Below, piece after piece: positions 12,500-23,272 of a stretch of 38,188 bases of DNA. The DNA is taken from contig NC_069007.1 in the NCBI RefSeq assembly GCF_001194135.2, forward strand, positions 12,537,709 to 12,575,896, read 5' to 3'. The position numbers and the translations under genes are program-made. The DNA comes from Octopus bimaculoides (taxonomy: Eukaryota). How positions within the stretch are numbered: the stretch's first letter is position 1; each line of letters opens with the position of its first letter. Under the pieces are notes generated by a model. The model saw only the letters and a program-made list of their open reading frames with translations. It ran no database searches and was not told the origin of the DNA.

Positions 12500-12792
12500 A
12501 GTTAAATAGAAGATTCAGTTAATGAAATGAGTGTCAAAAATATGTCATCTACGCAAACTAGTCTACCCAGTTTAATTATACCTTTAATCATAATGGGGTT
12601 GGATAGTTGAAGAAATCCCAACACAGGGCTGAAACCAGTCCAACTGGTCTGTCTTTTTCTGTTCATGAAACATCATCGAAAATATAAAGATAAGATGCTT
12701 ATGCCCATAAATATAGTGATGGTTAAAATTTATAGCTATGTATACATATTTAACCCATGCCAGCATGGAAAGTAGACATTAAACAGTGATGA

Positions 12793-12847
<55 letters not shown>

Positions 12848-13026
12848 TACAAACTTATATAAAGACACATACATATCCACATATAAACCTATATATACAC
12901 TCATACATGCATACACACATACATACATTCATACATATATATGCACATATAAACCTATATATATATATATACACTCATACACACATGCATGCATGCATAC
13001 ATACACACACACACATATATATATAC

Positions 13027-13059
<33 letters not shown>

Positions 13060-13124
13060 AAGATAGATAGATTCATACATACATACATACATCTATGTAT
13101 GTGTGTAAATTCATTATTGATAGA

Positions 13125-13482
13125 TACACTTTGCAACTACGTGGTTTTAGGTTCAATCCCACTGCACAGCACCTTGGGCATTTGTCTTCTACTTTAGTCC
13201 TGGACCAATTAATACTTTGCTACAGAGAAACTAGAGAATTACAGTGCATACACGTGTGCACACATGCATATTTGTTTGTGTTAAACCCACCACACTGCTT
13301 TGCAACTAGTGTTGGTTTGTTTATATCCCTGTAATTAGCAACTCAGTAAAAGAGGCTATTTAACTAAATATCAAGCTTGAAATGAGTATTAGGGTTTTGT
13401 TTGAGTTATTCCTTTCAAGGCAGAGCCCCAGCATGGCCACAGTTCTATGAATGCAAAATGTAAAAACAGAAAAATAAAAAGA
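13125..13482 (+). mobile_element. Degenerate SINE family A
   Basis: ggttcaatcccactgcacagcaccttgggca core plus tail ...caaggcagagccccagcatggccacagt. Confidence 0.75.
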
Positions 13483-13629
13483 ACAATGCTGCCAAATTCT
13501 TCATTCAAGTAATTAAACCTAAGAATTCAGAATGACCTTGGTAAATACAGGTGGGATTAAATACAGGTAAATACAAAGACAAGATATGTCAGAGCAATGA
13601 ATTATTGTAGTGTTGCTGAAAACTCATAC

Positions 13630-13711
13630 CACATTCAAAAGAAATATGTGAGTTCAAACAGAAAGTATAAACAAGAGAATTAATGGTACTGGCAAGGTCT
13701 GTAATTAAAAC
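13630..13711 (-). CDS. Candidate 82-nt exon (VLITDLASTINSLVYTFCLNSHISFEC), gene unknown
   Basis: Minus strand reads gtctttctatcacag|GTTTTAATT...GAATGTG|gtatga. Only one frame is open (phase 0 to 1). No homology recognised. Confidence 0.25.
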
Positions 13712-14210
13712 CTGTGATAGAAAGACAGCTTTCTGGGAGCTTGGTTCCACTGTAGTGGAGATACTAAATAGTGCTGTGGGTAACATTAGGTTATCATGCT
13801 TCATAAGTCTTAAATTCAAATTTGCTGCGGGCAGTGTTTGTATATTATGAAAGACAACTCAGTCTACCTGGCTGTCAGTGGTTTGACCCTGTCCAGGATT
13901 ATATCAATGGTCAGTTGGTCAATATGCTACGTTTCTCTTCAATGGTTTAGTCCAAGAAGAAGAGGAGTACGCATACACATGACCCCTGTCAGCATGTAGA
14001 GGAAAAACTTATCCTTCAACTAAGTACCTGGCCTGAATACTTGCAACAGAATGAATTCTACTAAAAATACCACTGCAGGGACCAGGTGAGGTGGTACTGT
14101 TAAACTGGGCAACATCCTAAGACTACCACCTAACGTTACATCTGCTCCAGCCCACCTAGCTGCAAATAGGTTCTACCTCTGTACACAGGTAAAATTCAAT
14201 GTTGTAAACA

Positions 14211-14329
14211 CAGGTGCAGTCCCAGGAATTTTTCAAATGGAGGGCACAAGGTCAGAAGGGAATAAAATTCCAAGAGAAAAGGGCATGATGACATTATTTA
14301 CAAGGGTACACTTACAAGCATACACACAT

Positions 14330-14408
<79 letters not shown>

Positions 14409-14619
14409 TAGATACATACATTTATGTATGTGTATAAATTCATTATTGATAGATACACTTTGCAACTACATGGTTTTAGGTTCAATCCCACTGCACATTG
14501 TCTTCTACTTTAGTCCTGGACCAATTAATATTTTACTACAGAGAAACTAGAGATTTTCTTGATGGGGGTGCACATACCCCTCAGCAACCCCCCTCCCTCC
14601 ATCTTTGAGTCAGCCCCTG
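14211..14619. mobile_element. Probable non-autonomous TIR (hAT-like) element with captured filler
   Basis: Ends caggtgcagtcccagg and tttgagtcagcccctg resemble degenerate caggggc...gcccctg termini, with G-rich and C-rich subtermini. No TSD was found. The interior copies 13040-13237. Confidence 0.5.
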
Positions 14620-14628
14620 AAACCAGTG

Positions 14629-14925
14629 CAGTGGTTCTTAACTAGGGTCCACACTAGCAAAATTGGGAATACACAGAGTAGTATCTTAAGTGGCTATGTA
14701 AACCTTTGATTTAATTTGATGTATTGCAAGAAACAGCTAGGCTTCTTTCTCTAACATTTTACAGATTTCCACTTACCCAAGTCAATGTGTGAATAACAAA
14801 ATAGGTATTTTGGAAGAAGTATCTTTAAAACTAGTTTGGGAACATCGAATGGCTATGGGGGTCCACCAGAATAGAATAGTGATCAAAGGGGTTCTGTAGG
14901 GGGAAAAAATGGTTGAGAACCACTA
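14629..14925. mobile_element. hAT-type MITE (family E)
   Basis: cagtggttcttaac ... gttgagaaccacta. The internal sequence is homologous to 12161-12499. Confidence 0.85.
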
Positions 14926-15187
14926 CTGTTAACGATATGAGCTAATCCAGAAAAAGGCTAGCATCCTTTCCATAGGGAAAGTTCTGTCTCATCCACATCA
15001 GGCCACAATAACTAGGAGTGTACATATGTTTTGTGTGCTTTTTCTGTCATTACTGTATGACAGTAGAGTGTATAACTTGAAATATATGTAACACACACAC
15101 ACACACACACAATCATTTTTCTGTTTGCTTTTCCACACTTGAATGGGTTTGATGAGTCTTCCTGCATACAACACACCCCATTTTGTC

Positions 15188-15228
15188 ATTTCGTCCGGCG
15201 TGCTAACATTTCTGCCAGCTCACCGCCT
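15188..15228 (-). mobile_element. SINE family B head fragment
   Basis: Reverse complement of ggcggtgagctggcagaaatgttagcacgccggacgaa. Confidence 0.8.
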
Positions 15229-15261
15229 TAATTCTGCCTCATCTTATTTCTGCTTCATCAA

Positions 15262-15306
<45 letters not shown>

Positions 15307-15849
15307 CATCACACATGATTCAGCAGACCATGTTCACTTCATTTCTCCCAAACTTCCACACATGCCCTGCATTCAGTGCACCCCACACACGGGTGCAACT
15401 TATGGTTGTGTGGTATAGAAATTTGCTTAGCAACTACAAGATCCCAGATTCAATCCTGCCATACAGCACCATATCTGTCACATTACCCTACACCCAAGTT
15501 AGAATTACCTGTCCACAGTGCAAAGGTGATAAAATAAGTACTAGATTTATAAATATACCATAGCCTCAAAAAGTATTTTTTAGATTGCTGACGAGACTCA
15601 GTTGGCTTGGGAATTGTAATTCTCTGAGAATATTCAGGCATTTTGTTATTATTCTTCTTAGAAAGTACCTCAAATAGATGTGCCCCAATGCAAAATTTCA
15701 AGTCCCTAGATGCAAACTAATGGCTTTGTAACTTGGAATCTACACACATACAAACATATGTGTGTGTGTGTGTGTGTGTGTGGTGGCTGTCTACTCCTTA
15801 TGCAGAATCAGACCACTGCTTATACTTACATCTTGGATCTGTCATGGAT

Positions 15850-15995
15850 TGACAAGGATTTCCAGTCGTGAACTGCCAGCAGAGAACACACACACAACCA
15901 TATCATCCAGTACACTAAATTCATTTAGAAATTTTCTTTATATATATATATCATGGACTCTCCTATCATAAAATGATGTATGAGGGTTCTGCAAT
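15850..15995 (-). mobile_element. 5'-truncated 3' portion of SINE family F
   Basis: Minus strand attgcagaaccctcatacatc...ggagagtccatg(ta)n matches 36929-36975. The following ~85 bp match 16688-16756. Confidence 0.75.
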
Positions 15996-16357
15996 GTGGG
16001 TTTTTAAACCAGACAATGCATTGAAAAGATACCCACATAAATTGCATATCTGCTTTGGGCCACCAAGAACTGCAGTTAGGTTCCGATCTTTGTGGATCTT
16101 AAAATGTCTATTGAGTTCTCTGTTAGATTTGCAGACCCGATGGCATACACGGTATTGAATGGTGTGCACAGATAGATAGGCAGAGTAGTTGGTGGAAGTC
16201 CTTTTCCATGGGTCCGCAAATGAGACTAGGGCCCAGTAAAAGAAAGGCATGGTCAGTCACAAATTGTACACACAAAAGGATTGGTGGGATTCATTTTCTT
16301 GTTGATTGTAGCATTTTTCTTCAAATTTCTTTTGAGTTTCGCACGGGTCAACACGTG
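15996..16357 (-). pseudogene. Decayed triple C2H2 zinc-finger coding fragment, probably an RTE-like LINE ORF2 C-terminus
   Basis: Reads RAKLKRNLKKNATINKKMNPTNPFVCTICD*PCLSFTGP*SHLRTH, then a frameshift, then YRVCHRVCKSNRELNRHFKIH...ICNLCGYLFNALSGLKTHI. The basic helix followed by C2H2 fingers without TGEKP linkers fits a LINE C-terminus rather than a Kruppel gene. Confidence 0.75.
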
Positions 16358-16380
16358 TGTGTGTGTGAGTGTGTTTGAAA

Positions 16381-16756
16381 GCACATGGCTAAGTGGTTAG
16401 GGTATGGTGCTCACGAATGCGAGATTGTGGTTTTGATTTCCAGACCAGGCATTACATTGTGTTCTTCAGCAAAACACTTCATTCCACATTGCTCTGCAAT
16501 CCTTTCATCATCTGACATGTGGCACCCAGTTGCACCTGTACACGTAATGTCGATCTGATGGAGGGAGTGAGCTTATGTGTACACAAACATTTGATCACTA
16601 TAAACAAATCATGTGTGTTGTTGTTCAATAAGAAATTGTCAAACCCTCATATGTCGACTAACAACGAGAGGNNNNNNNNNNTTTTAAATTTTTAAATGAA
16701 TTTAGTGTGGTTGTGTGTGTTCGCTGCTGGAAATTCATGACTGGAAATCCTTGTCA
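16381..16756 (+). mobile_element. tRNA/CORE-like SINE family F
   Basis: Head gcacatggctaagtggttaggg, core tgtgttcttcagcaaaacacttcatt, and a tail co-linear with 36673-36971. Confidence 0.85.
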
Positions 16757-16854
16757 TCATAGACCTATTCACTCACTCAGGGTTGTCCCGAGGCTAAACA
16801 GCAACTACATTGATCATGAACACATATACTTTTACTGAATTTGTTTAATGTACT

Positions 16855-16995
16855 CTAGTCATGCTGGAGCAACACCTTCAAGGTTTTTAATGTAGTCAGT
16901 CATATTTACCCAGTACTTATTTCATTGGTCTTTATTTGTCAAACTGCTAGGTTATGGGAGGTATTGATGCATTGATATAAATATTGACACACACA
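16855..16995 (-). mobile_element. SINE family A tail fragment
   Basis: catgctggagcaacaccttcaagg...cagtacttatttcattggtc is the reverse complement of the A tail. Confidence 0.65.
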
Positions 16996-17614
16996 TGTAC
17001 ATGATCACCTTTTGTACAGTTGCCATGTAAAAATGTTGTAATGGAAATGGTACACCCATCCCATGGGACAAGTGGTATGAACCAGCCACTATAAAGTCAG
17101 ACGACGTCAACCAGTATGGAGAGTCATGTGTCAGTCGTTGTAGAGTCATTGTACAAGTTTTCAGTCAAGGTAGATGGTTCAAATTCAGTGTCTTGCAGAG
17201 CTATCAGTGATAACACAATAGACGAAGTGGTGTATTACCATTTTGGTATAGAAGACACTGAGAAAATACTGTAGCTATTAGAGTAGATACAATAGCTACA
17301 GTCACAACAGTGGCCACACATTCTAACTGTGGAAAACACCACATCGTAACAAAAAAAAAAATCCTATTCAACAACCCGCTACATTAGGGTGAACAGATGT
17401 GCCAAGAAGGGGGTTCGAACTGGGAACCACATTATGACAAAGTCACTTTCTTATCGAAATGGCCCACACAAATACTGTAATCTTAATCAATACAGGAACT
17501 CAATACAAGATAGAGAAATTAGATTAATACGATTTATAATGGGTGTGTTTTACTACTTCAAGTTTCACCAGTCGAATAACATTATAAAGCACTGGAACAT
17601 CATATAACGTACAC

Positions 17615-17951
17615 AAATACACACACATATACACTTCTACATACATGTACATATATATATATATATATACATATATATACATACACACACATGTATATAC
17701 ACACATATACACACACACACATACATGCATATATATATATATATATACATACACACATGCACACATATACACATGCATATATATATATATATATGTATAT
17801 ATATACACACACATGCACACATATATATATATATGCACACACACACACACATACATATATATACACACACACACACACACGCACACATATATACATACAT
17901 ATATATATGCACACACACACACCCATACATATATATATACATACACACACG

Positions 17952-17989
<38 letters not shown>

Positions 17990-18025
17990 TGCACACACAC
18001 ACACACACACACATTTATATATACA
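17615..18025. repeat. (TA)n/(CA)n compound microsatellite
   Basis: Directly visible. Confidence 0.95.
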
Positions 18026-18679
18026 TTCAAAATGAAAACAATGGTATTTGCCAGAATGATTCTTTTAGATGTATTATAAATTGAAGCATTATCCTGTTAT
18101 TCAGTTGAAGAATTTTGCCATTTTCTGGTTCTACTTCATTGTATTCTCATTGCTTCTCTTGCTGAGAAGTTTTCGCAAATTAAGTTACTATAAAATAAAT
18201 GTGTATGTGTGTGTATATATATAAGTTAATAACTGCAACGGAAAAAAGACAATTTAATTTGCTCTAAAACGGATGCAAACCTCAAGAGGAACTCTACATT
18301 GCTAAAAACACCAGTCAAATATCTCTCAAACCTCATCGTTTAAAAAACAAAATGGCAACATTGGGTAACTGCATTATTAGAGAATTTTTTTTTAAATTTT
18401 TTCAGGATCCAGAGGGAGGGGCAATGCCCATGGGGTTTGCAGTTCCTCCTCAGACCTATGAGATTTGAGGTCCTTAAAGTCCTGTCTTGTATCATTGTAA
18501 GTTAAAGAAAGATAGGAGTAATGATGGAATTTCAGTGAGTCAATATTTTTGGAAGGAATTTTGGTTAGTGTGGGACCTGGTGAGTGGGGTGGATGGACAT
18601 AATAAGAGTGATAGGAGGAGGAGGAGGGATGAGTGAAATGGAAATATCTGAATGGTGGGGAACATGAGCCCATTTGGCT

Positions 18680-19075
18680 CCTTCAGATGTTGTGCCTGAC
18701 TGAGGGTCTAAGACTTCTGGTGGCTTGCTCTGCTTGAAAAGACACATCAAGCTAAGTAAACTCAAGGTTGTCCTTGCATACAGGTATGTCCCTTGCGGCC
18801 CTCTTCCGCCGAGCGATCCTAATCTTGTGGGTGCTGCTTCCAGGTAAATAGAACCCATACCAGTGCCATGTGAAAGTGCCCATGCTGAAGCTGCATAAAT
18901 GCACCCAGCCAAGTGGTTGGCATTAGGGAGGGCATCCAGCTGTAGAAACTATGCTAAAACAGACATGAAGCCCGGGCAGTTCTTTGGCTGGTCAGCTCCT
19001 GTCAAACCATCCGACTCATGCCAGCATGGAAAATGGACACAAAATGATAATGGTAATGATGATGATGATGATGAA
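18680..19075 (+). mobile_element. RTE-clade LINE 3' end
   Basis: ...CTTGAAAAGACACATCAAGCTAAGTAA (LEKTHQAK*), then a 3'UTR with gagggcatccagctgtagaaac and a (GAT)n tail. Same family as 3600-4018. Confidence 0.8.
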
Positions 19076-19338
19076 GCAAAGTAGTGGTAGGAGATGTGAA
19101 GGAAGAACAGAGCACATAATGGTCATCAGGCAAGATTTTACAGCTGGATGCATTTGCTGTCATCAACCCTCATTCCTTTTTTCAAGCACAGGAATTTTTT
19201 TAGTCCCACACAAGTCTTTGAAAGTAAAGATTGACCGAAAGGTCAAGGTCAGGCAGTGATAAGTTAAATATCAATATTCATGCACATACACACACACACA
19301 CACACACAAACATTTATACATATATACGAGGGGCTTAC

Positions 19339-19385
19339 TACAGTTTCTAGCAAGTTAACTTTCAAATCATTAAGCAGTCTAAGGG
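19339..19385 (-). CDS. Candidate 47-nt exon (xLRLLNDLKVNLLETV), gene unknown
   Basis: Minus strand reads tatttactattgtag|CCCTTAGA...GAAACTGTA|gtaagc, phase 1 to 0. Caveat: the adjacent tacgagggg resembles a mariner terminus. Confidence 0.3.
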
Positions 19386-19503
19386 CTACAATAGTAAATA
19401 TTTGTCTACATGTGTGTGTGTGTATCCATAGATGTGTGTGTATGTATGTGTGTGGGGGGTTGATGTTACAACAAGAGAAAAAGAACTGAATATGAAAATG
19501 CAG

Positions 19504-19542
<39 letters not shown>

Positions 19543-20359
19543 AGGTATGGTGATGCAAACAGGAAAAGTAGAACTCAAAATATGAGTCTATGTATATTTT
19601 TGCTAATTAGCTTAAGCAACAGAGTGACTCAAGGGCTAAGAGTTTCGTACATTTGATAAGTGCCAACACACAAAACTCAGGGCTCTTGAACCACTCGGTT
19701 GATTCTGCCATCCATCCATACATACATATANNNNNNNNNNNNNNNNNNNNNNNNNNNNNNNNNNNNNNNNNNNNNNNNNNNNNNNNNNNNNNNNNNNNNN
19801 NNNNNNNNNNNNNNNNNNNNNNNNNNNNNNNNNNNNNNNNNNNNNNNNNNNNNNNNNNNNNNNNNNNNNNNNNNNNNNNNNNNNNNNNNNNNNNNNNNNN
19901 NNNNNNNNNNNNNNNNNNNNNNNNNNNNNNNNNNNNNNNNNNNNNNNNNNNNNNNNNNNNNNNNNNNNNNNNNNNNNNNNNNNNNNNNNNNNNNNNNNNN
20001 NNNNNNNNNNNNNNNNNNNNNNNNNNNNNNNNNNNNNNNNNNNNNNNNNNNNNNNNNNNNNNNNNNNNNNNNNNNNNNNNNNNNNNNNNNNNNNNNNNNN
20101 NNNNNNNNNNNNNNNNNNNNNNNNNNNNNNNNNNNNNNNNNNNNNNNNNNNNNNNNNNNNNNNNNNNNNNNNNNNNNNNNNNNNNNNNNNNNNNNNNNNN
20201 NNNNNNNNNNNNNNNNNNNNNNNTGTTATTTAGTCCAAGTTTATGCTTGATTAAACATATTCCAACTGTAACCAAATTTTTTTAGACCTATCTTGAAAAT
20301 TACATTACATAATGTATCCATTTTTATTTTAAAAAGAAAAACAGAGAAGTAGAGATTGA

Positions 20360-20588
20360 TTTACCCTTTAGTGTTTAAACCAGCCATATCCGGCCCAATA
20401 TATTCTACATGTTTTATATTCAGACTGGCCATATCTAGCCTCTCACACCTAACCTACATTGACATTCTAAAAATAAACAATCACATCATTGAAACCTCAA
20501 AGCTATAAGATAATGCATGATTAATTCAAAACAATTTGAGTGAAAAAGTATTACATTTAACAGAGTAATCTGAACACCAAAGAGTTAA
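20360..20588 (-). mobile_element. piggyBac-type MITE (family H)
   Basis: tttaccctttag ... caaagagttaa. It is the reverse complement of the unit at 26958-27174. Confidence 0.85.
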
Positions 20589-20879
20589 GAGAGATCTGGC
20601 TGCTATTTCCAGTAGGTCAAGAAATTGTAGAGGCTATTTTTTCCTTTATTTGTTTGATTAAAGATATTTCAACTGTGACCAAGTCACTTTAGGCTCATCT
20701 TGAAAACTACATTACATAATGTACCCATTTTTTTTTTTTTTTAAATCCTAGAAAGTAAAGAATGATTTGAGAGAGATTTGGCTGCTATTTCCAGTAGGTC
20801 AAGAAACCATAGAGGCTATTTTATTTTCCTTTATTAGTCTCAGCTCAAGGGTTGTAAAACTTAGTAGAGAGAAGGAACA

Positions 20880-20970
20880 GACGGTTATATCACAGCTCTC
20901 ATCCTTCTACATATTACGTTGACCCAGAAAGGATGAAGGATCTCAGCAGAATTTGAACTCAGATTGTAGA
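20880..20970 (-). mobile_element. SINE family B fragment
   Basis: gacccagaaaggatgaagg...agaatttgaactcaga is the reverse complement of the B box region. Confidence 0.65.
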
Positions 20971-20978
20971 TATACAAA

Positions 20979-21385
20979 GGTGTAGCATGGCTATGTGGTT
21001 AAGAAGCTTGCATTGCAACCACATGGTTCCGGGTTCAGTCTAACTGCACAGCACCTTGGGCAAGTGTTTACTACTATAGCCCCAAGATAACAATTGCCTT
21101 GTGAAACTGTGTGGAGGACCGTTATGGTGTATGTGTATATATGTATGTGTGTTTGTGAGTGTGTGTGCGTGCATGTGAACATGCATGTGTGTCCCACCAT
21201 CACTTAATCAGTGTCACTTTGTTTATAACCCTATAACTTAGCAATTCAACAAAAGAGTCCGATAGAATAAGCACTAAATTTTAAAGAAATAAGTACTGGG
21301 GTGGGGGGCAATTTGTTTTCCTAAACCATTCAAGGTAATGCTCCAGCAAGGCCACAGTCCAATGACTGAAACAAGTAAAAAATAG
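20979..21385 (+). mobile_element. SINE family A, full length
   Basis: Head tggctatgtggttaag / gggttcagt, core, internal (GT)n and tail aatgactgaaacaagtaaaa. Confidence 0.9.
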
Positions 21386-21520
21386 GACATCCAACTATCT
21401 ACCAGCAAGTATTTTGTCCGTCAGGTGTACCAATTCCTCCAGTCTGTCAGCCTCAGTTTCGTTATGAGGAAAGGTCAAGTCACATCACAGAAGCTTATTT
21501 GATGGTTGATGGAAAAATTA

Positions 21521-21924
21521 GGCATGGCAGTGTGGTAAGAATTCTGCTTCCTACCACATGGTTCTGGGTTCAGTCCCACTGCATGGCACCTTGAGTAAGT
21601 GTTTTCTACTTATAGCCTCAGGCCAACCAAAGCTTTGTGAGTGGATTTGGTAGACGGAAACTGAAAGGAGCCTTCCGTATGTATATATGTATATGTCTAT
21701 GTGTGTCTTTGTGTCTGTATTTGACCCCCATCACCATCTGACAACCAGTGTTGGTTTGTTTACATCCCCTATAACTTAGCGATTCAGCAAAACAGACTGA
21801 TAGAATAAGTACTAGACTTTAAAAATAAAAGTCCTGAGGTCGATTTGTTCGACTAAACCCTTCAAGGCGGTGCTCCAGCATGGCCACAGTCAAATGACTG
21901 AAATGAGTAAAAGAATAAAAGAAT
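21521..21924 (+). mobile_element. SINE family A, full length (best-preserved copy)
   Basis: Complete head, core, microsatellite and tail, ending in aaaagaataaaagaa. Confidence 0.93.
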
Positions 21925-22123
21925 TATATTTGGAAGATTACAAAAATAGGTTGTTACATAAAAATTATGATGGAAGTTTCTAATTTAGACAGGAATATTT
22001 TAAACCAGGAAATTTTGTAACACAGAACCAGGAAGCAGTCTCGGAGAGGTAGGTCCAAAAAAAGATTAAAGATGACAGTCAATCTAATTATGGAAATTTG
22101 ATTATTATTAAATTAAGACATAA

Positions 22124-22325
22124 GGCAGCTAGCTGGCAGAATGCTGGATGAGATGCTTAGCGGTATTTTGCCTGTCGCTCCATTCTGAGTTCAAATCCTG
22201 CCGAGTTCAACTTTGCCTTTCATCTTTTCAGGGTCGAAAAAAATAAGTGCCATTTGAAGACTGGGGTTGATATAACTGACTCATCCCTTCCCCCAAAATT
22301 CCTGCCCTTGTGGCAAAATTTGAAA
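22124..22325 (+). mobile_element. SINE family B
   Basis: ggcagctagctggcagaa...gagttcaaatcctgccgag...ctggggttgat. Confidence 0.85.
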
Positions 22326-22451
22326 CTATTTTTAATTTAAGATGCCAAATGGTTAATGTAAAACATTTTTTTGTAAACTGAAATTAATTATTTTTTCTAA
22401 CACTATTCTAAGTTTGTCTCGTTTTCCATTTTTTAAATTTTTAATTAGGGT

Positions 22452-22664
22452 TTAATCCTTTAGCATTCAAATTACTCTGTCAAGTATAATACATATTTAT
22501 TCACATTGCTTTTAATTAATCAATCAATCAATGATGATGTAAGTATTCATTTCTCAGAATGGCATTGTAGGGTAGGTGTAAGAGGCTGAATCAAGCCAGC
22601 TTGAATATGAAACAAGTGGAATATTTTGGGTCTGACATTGCTGGTTTAAGTGCTGACAGATTAA
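22452..22664 (+). mobile_element. piggyBac-type MITE (family H)
   Basis: ttaatcctttagcattc ... gtgctgacagattaa, with TTAA at both ends. Confidence 0.8.
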
Positions 22665-22942
22665 TCACAAGAAGAAAGATACCATGGCATTTAGCAAGAT
22701 CAAAGGCAGGGGTGGGGATGGAGAGAAAAGGATTCATTGGTTGCTGTAGAAGGAATTAGTACAAAGGAAACTGTCCTCAAAACTGGAGGCCTAGTCTGAT
22801 GGCTTTTAAAAGAGGGGACACAAGGTATCCAAGGGCCAGATGGTAATGTTAACCCTTGCAACAGATTAGACTTAACTCCAAATATATTTTCTAAATATGA
22901 AGGTGTTCTTTAAATTCTTCATATATAAGTGAGTGTGTTGAA

Positions 22943-23272
22943 GGCGCATTGCTCAGTGGGTAGAGCATCGAGCTTACGATCGTGAGGTTGTGAGTTCGAA
23001 TCCCAGACCAAGCTGTGTGTTGTGTTCTTGAACAAGACACTTTATTTCATTTTGCTCCAGTTCACTCAGCTGTAGAAATGAGTTGCAACATCACTGTTGC
23101 CAAGCTGTATTGGCCCCTTTGCCTTTCCCTTGGATAACATCAGTGGCATGGAGAGGGGAGGTTGGTATGCAAGGGTGACTGCTGGTCTTCCATAAACAAC
23201 CTTGCCTGGACTTGTGCCTGGAAGGGTAACTTTCTAGGTGCAATCCCATGGTCAGTTATGACCGAAGGGGAT
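22943..23272 (+). mobile_element. tRNA-derived CORE-like SINE (family G)
   Basis: The head has A box tgctcagtggg and B box gagttcgaatccc, with ttACGat in the anticodon-loop position (tRNA-Arg-like, as for octopus OR-type SINEs; inference). A core and a distinct tail follow. Confidence 0.85.

Noticed and set aside
15820-15862. Minus-strand exon candidate with a GTAAGT donor
   Set aside because: Its acceptor and body lie within the repeat arm duplicated at 16688-16756.
17000-17045. FLHGNCTKGD peptide resembling a CCCH zinc finger
   Set aside because: The first and third Cys positions are absent and the frame has upstream stops.
7179-18084. Numerous long ORFs rich in YI/HT/VC dipeptides
   Set aside because: They are translations of (TA)n, (CA)n and (TACA)n microsatellites, not genes.
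22943-23010. tRNA-like sequence with A and B boxes
   Set aside because: It continues into a SINE core and tail and lacks a proper acceptor stem, so it is a SINE head and not a tRNA gene.
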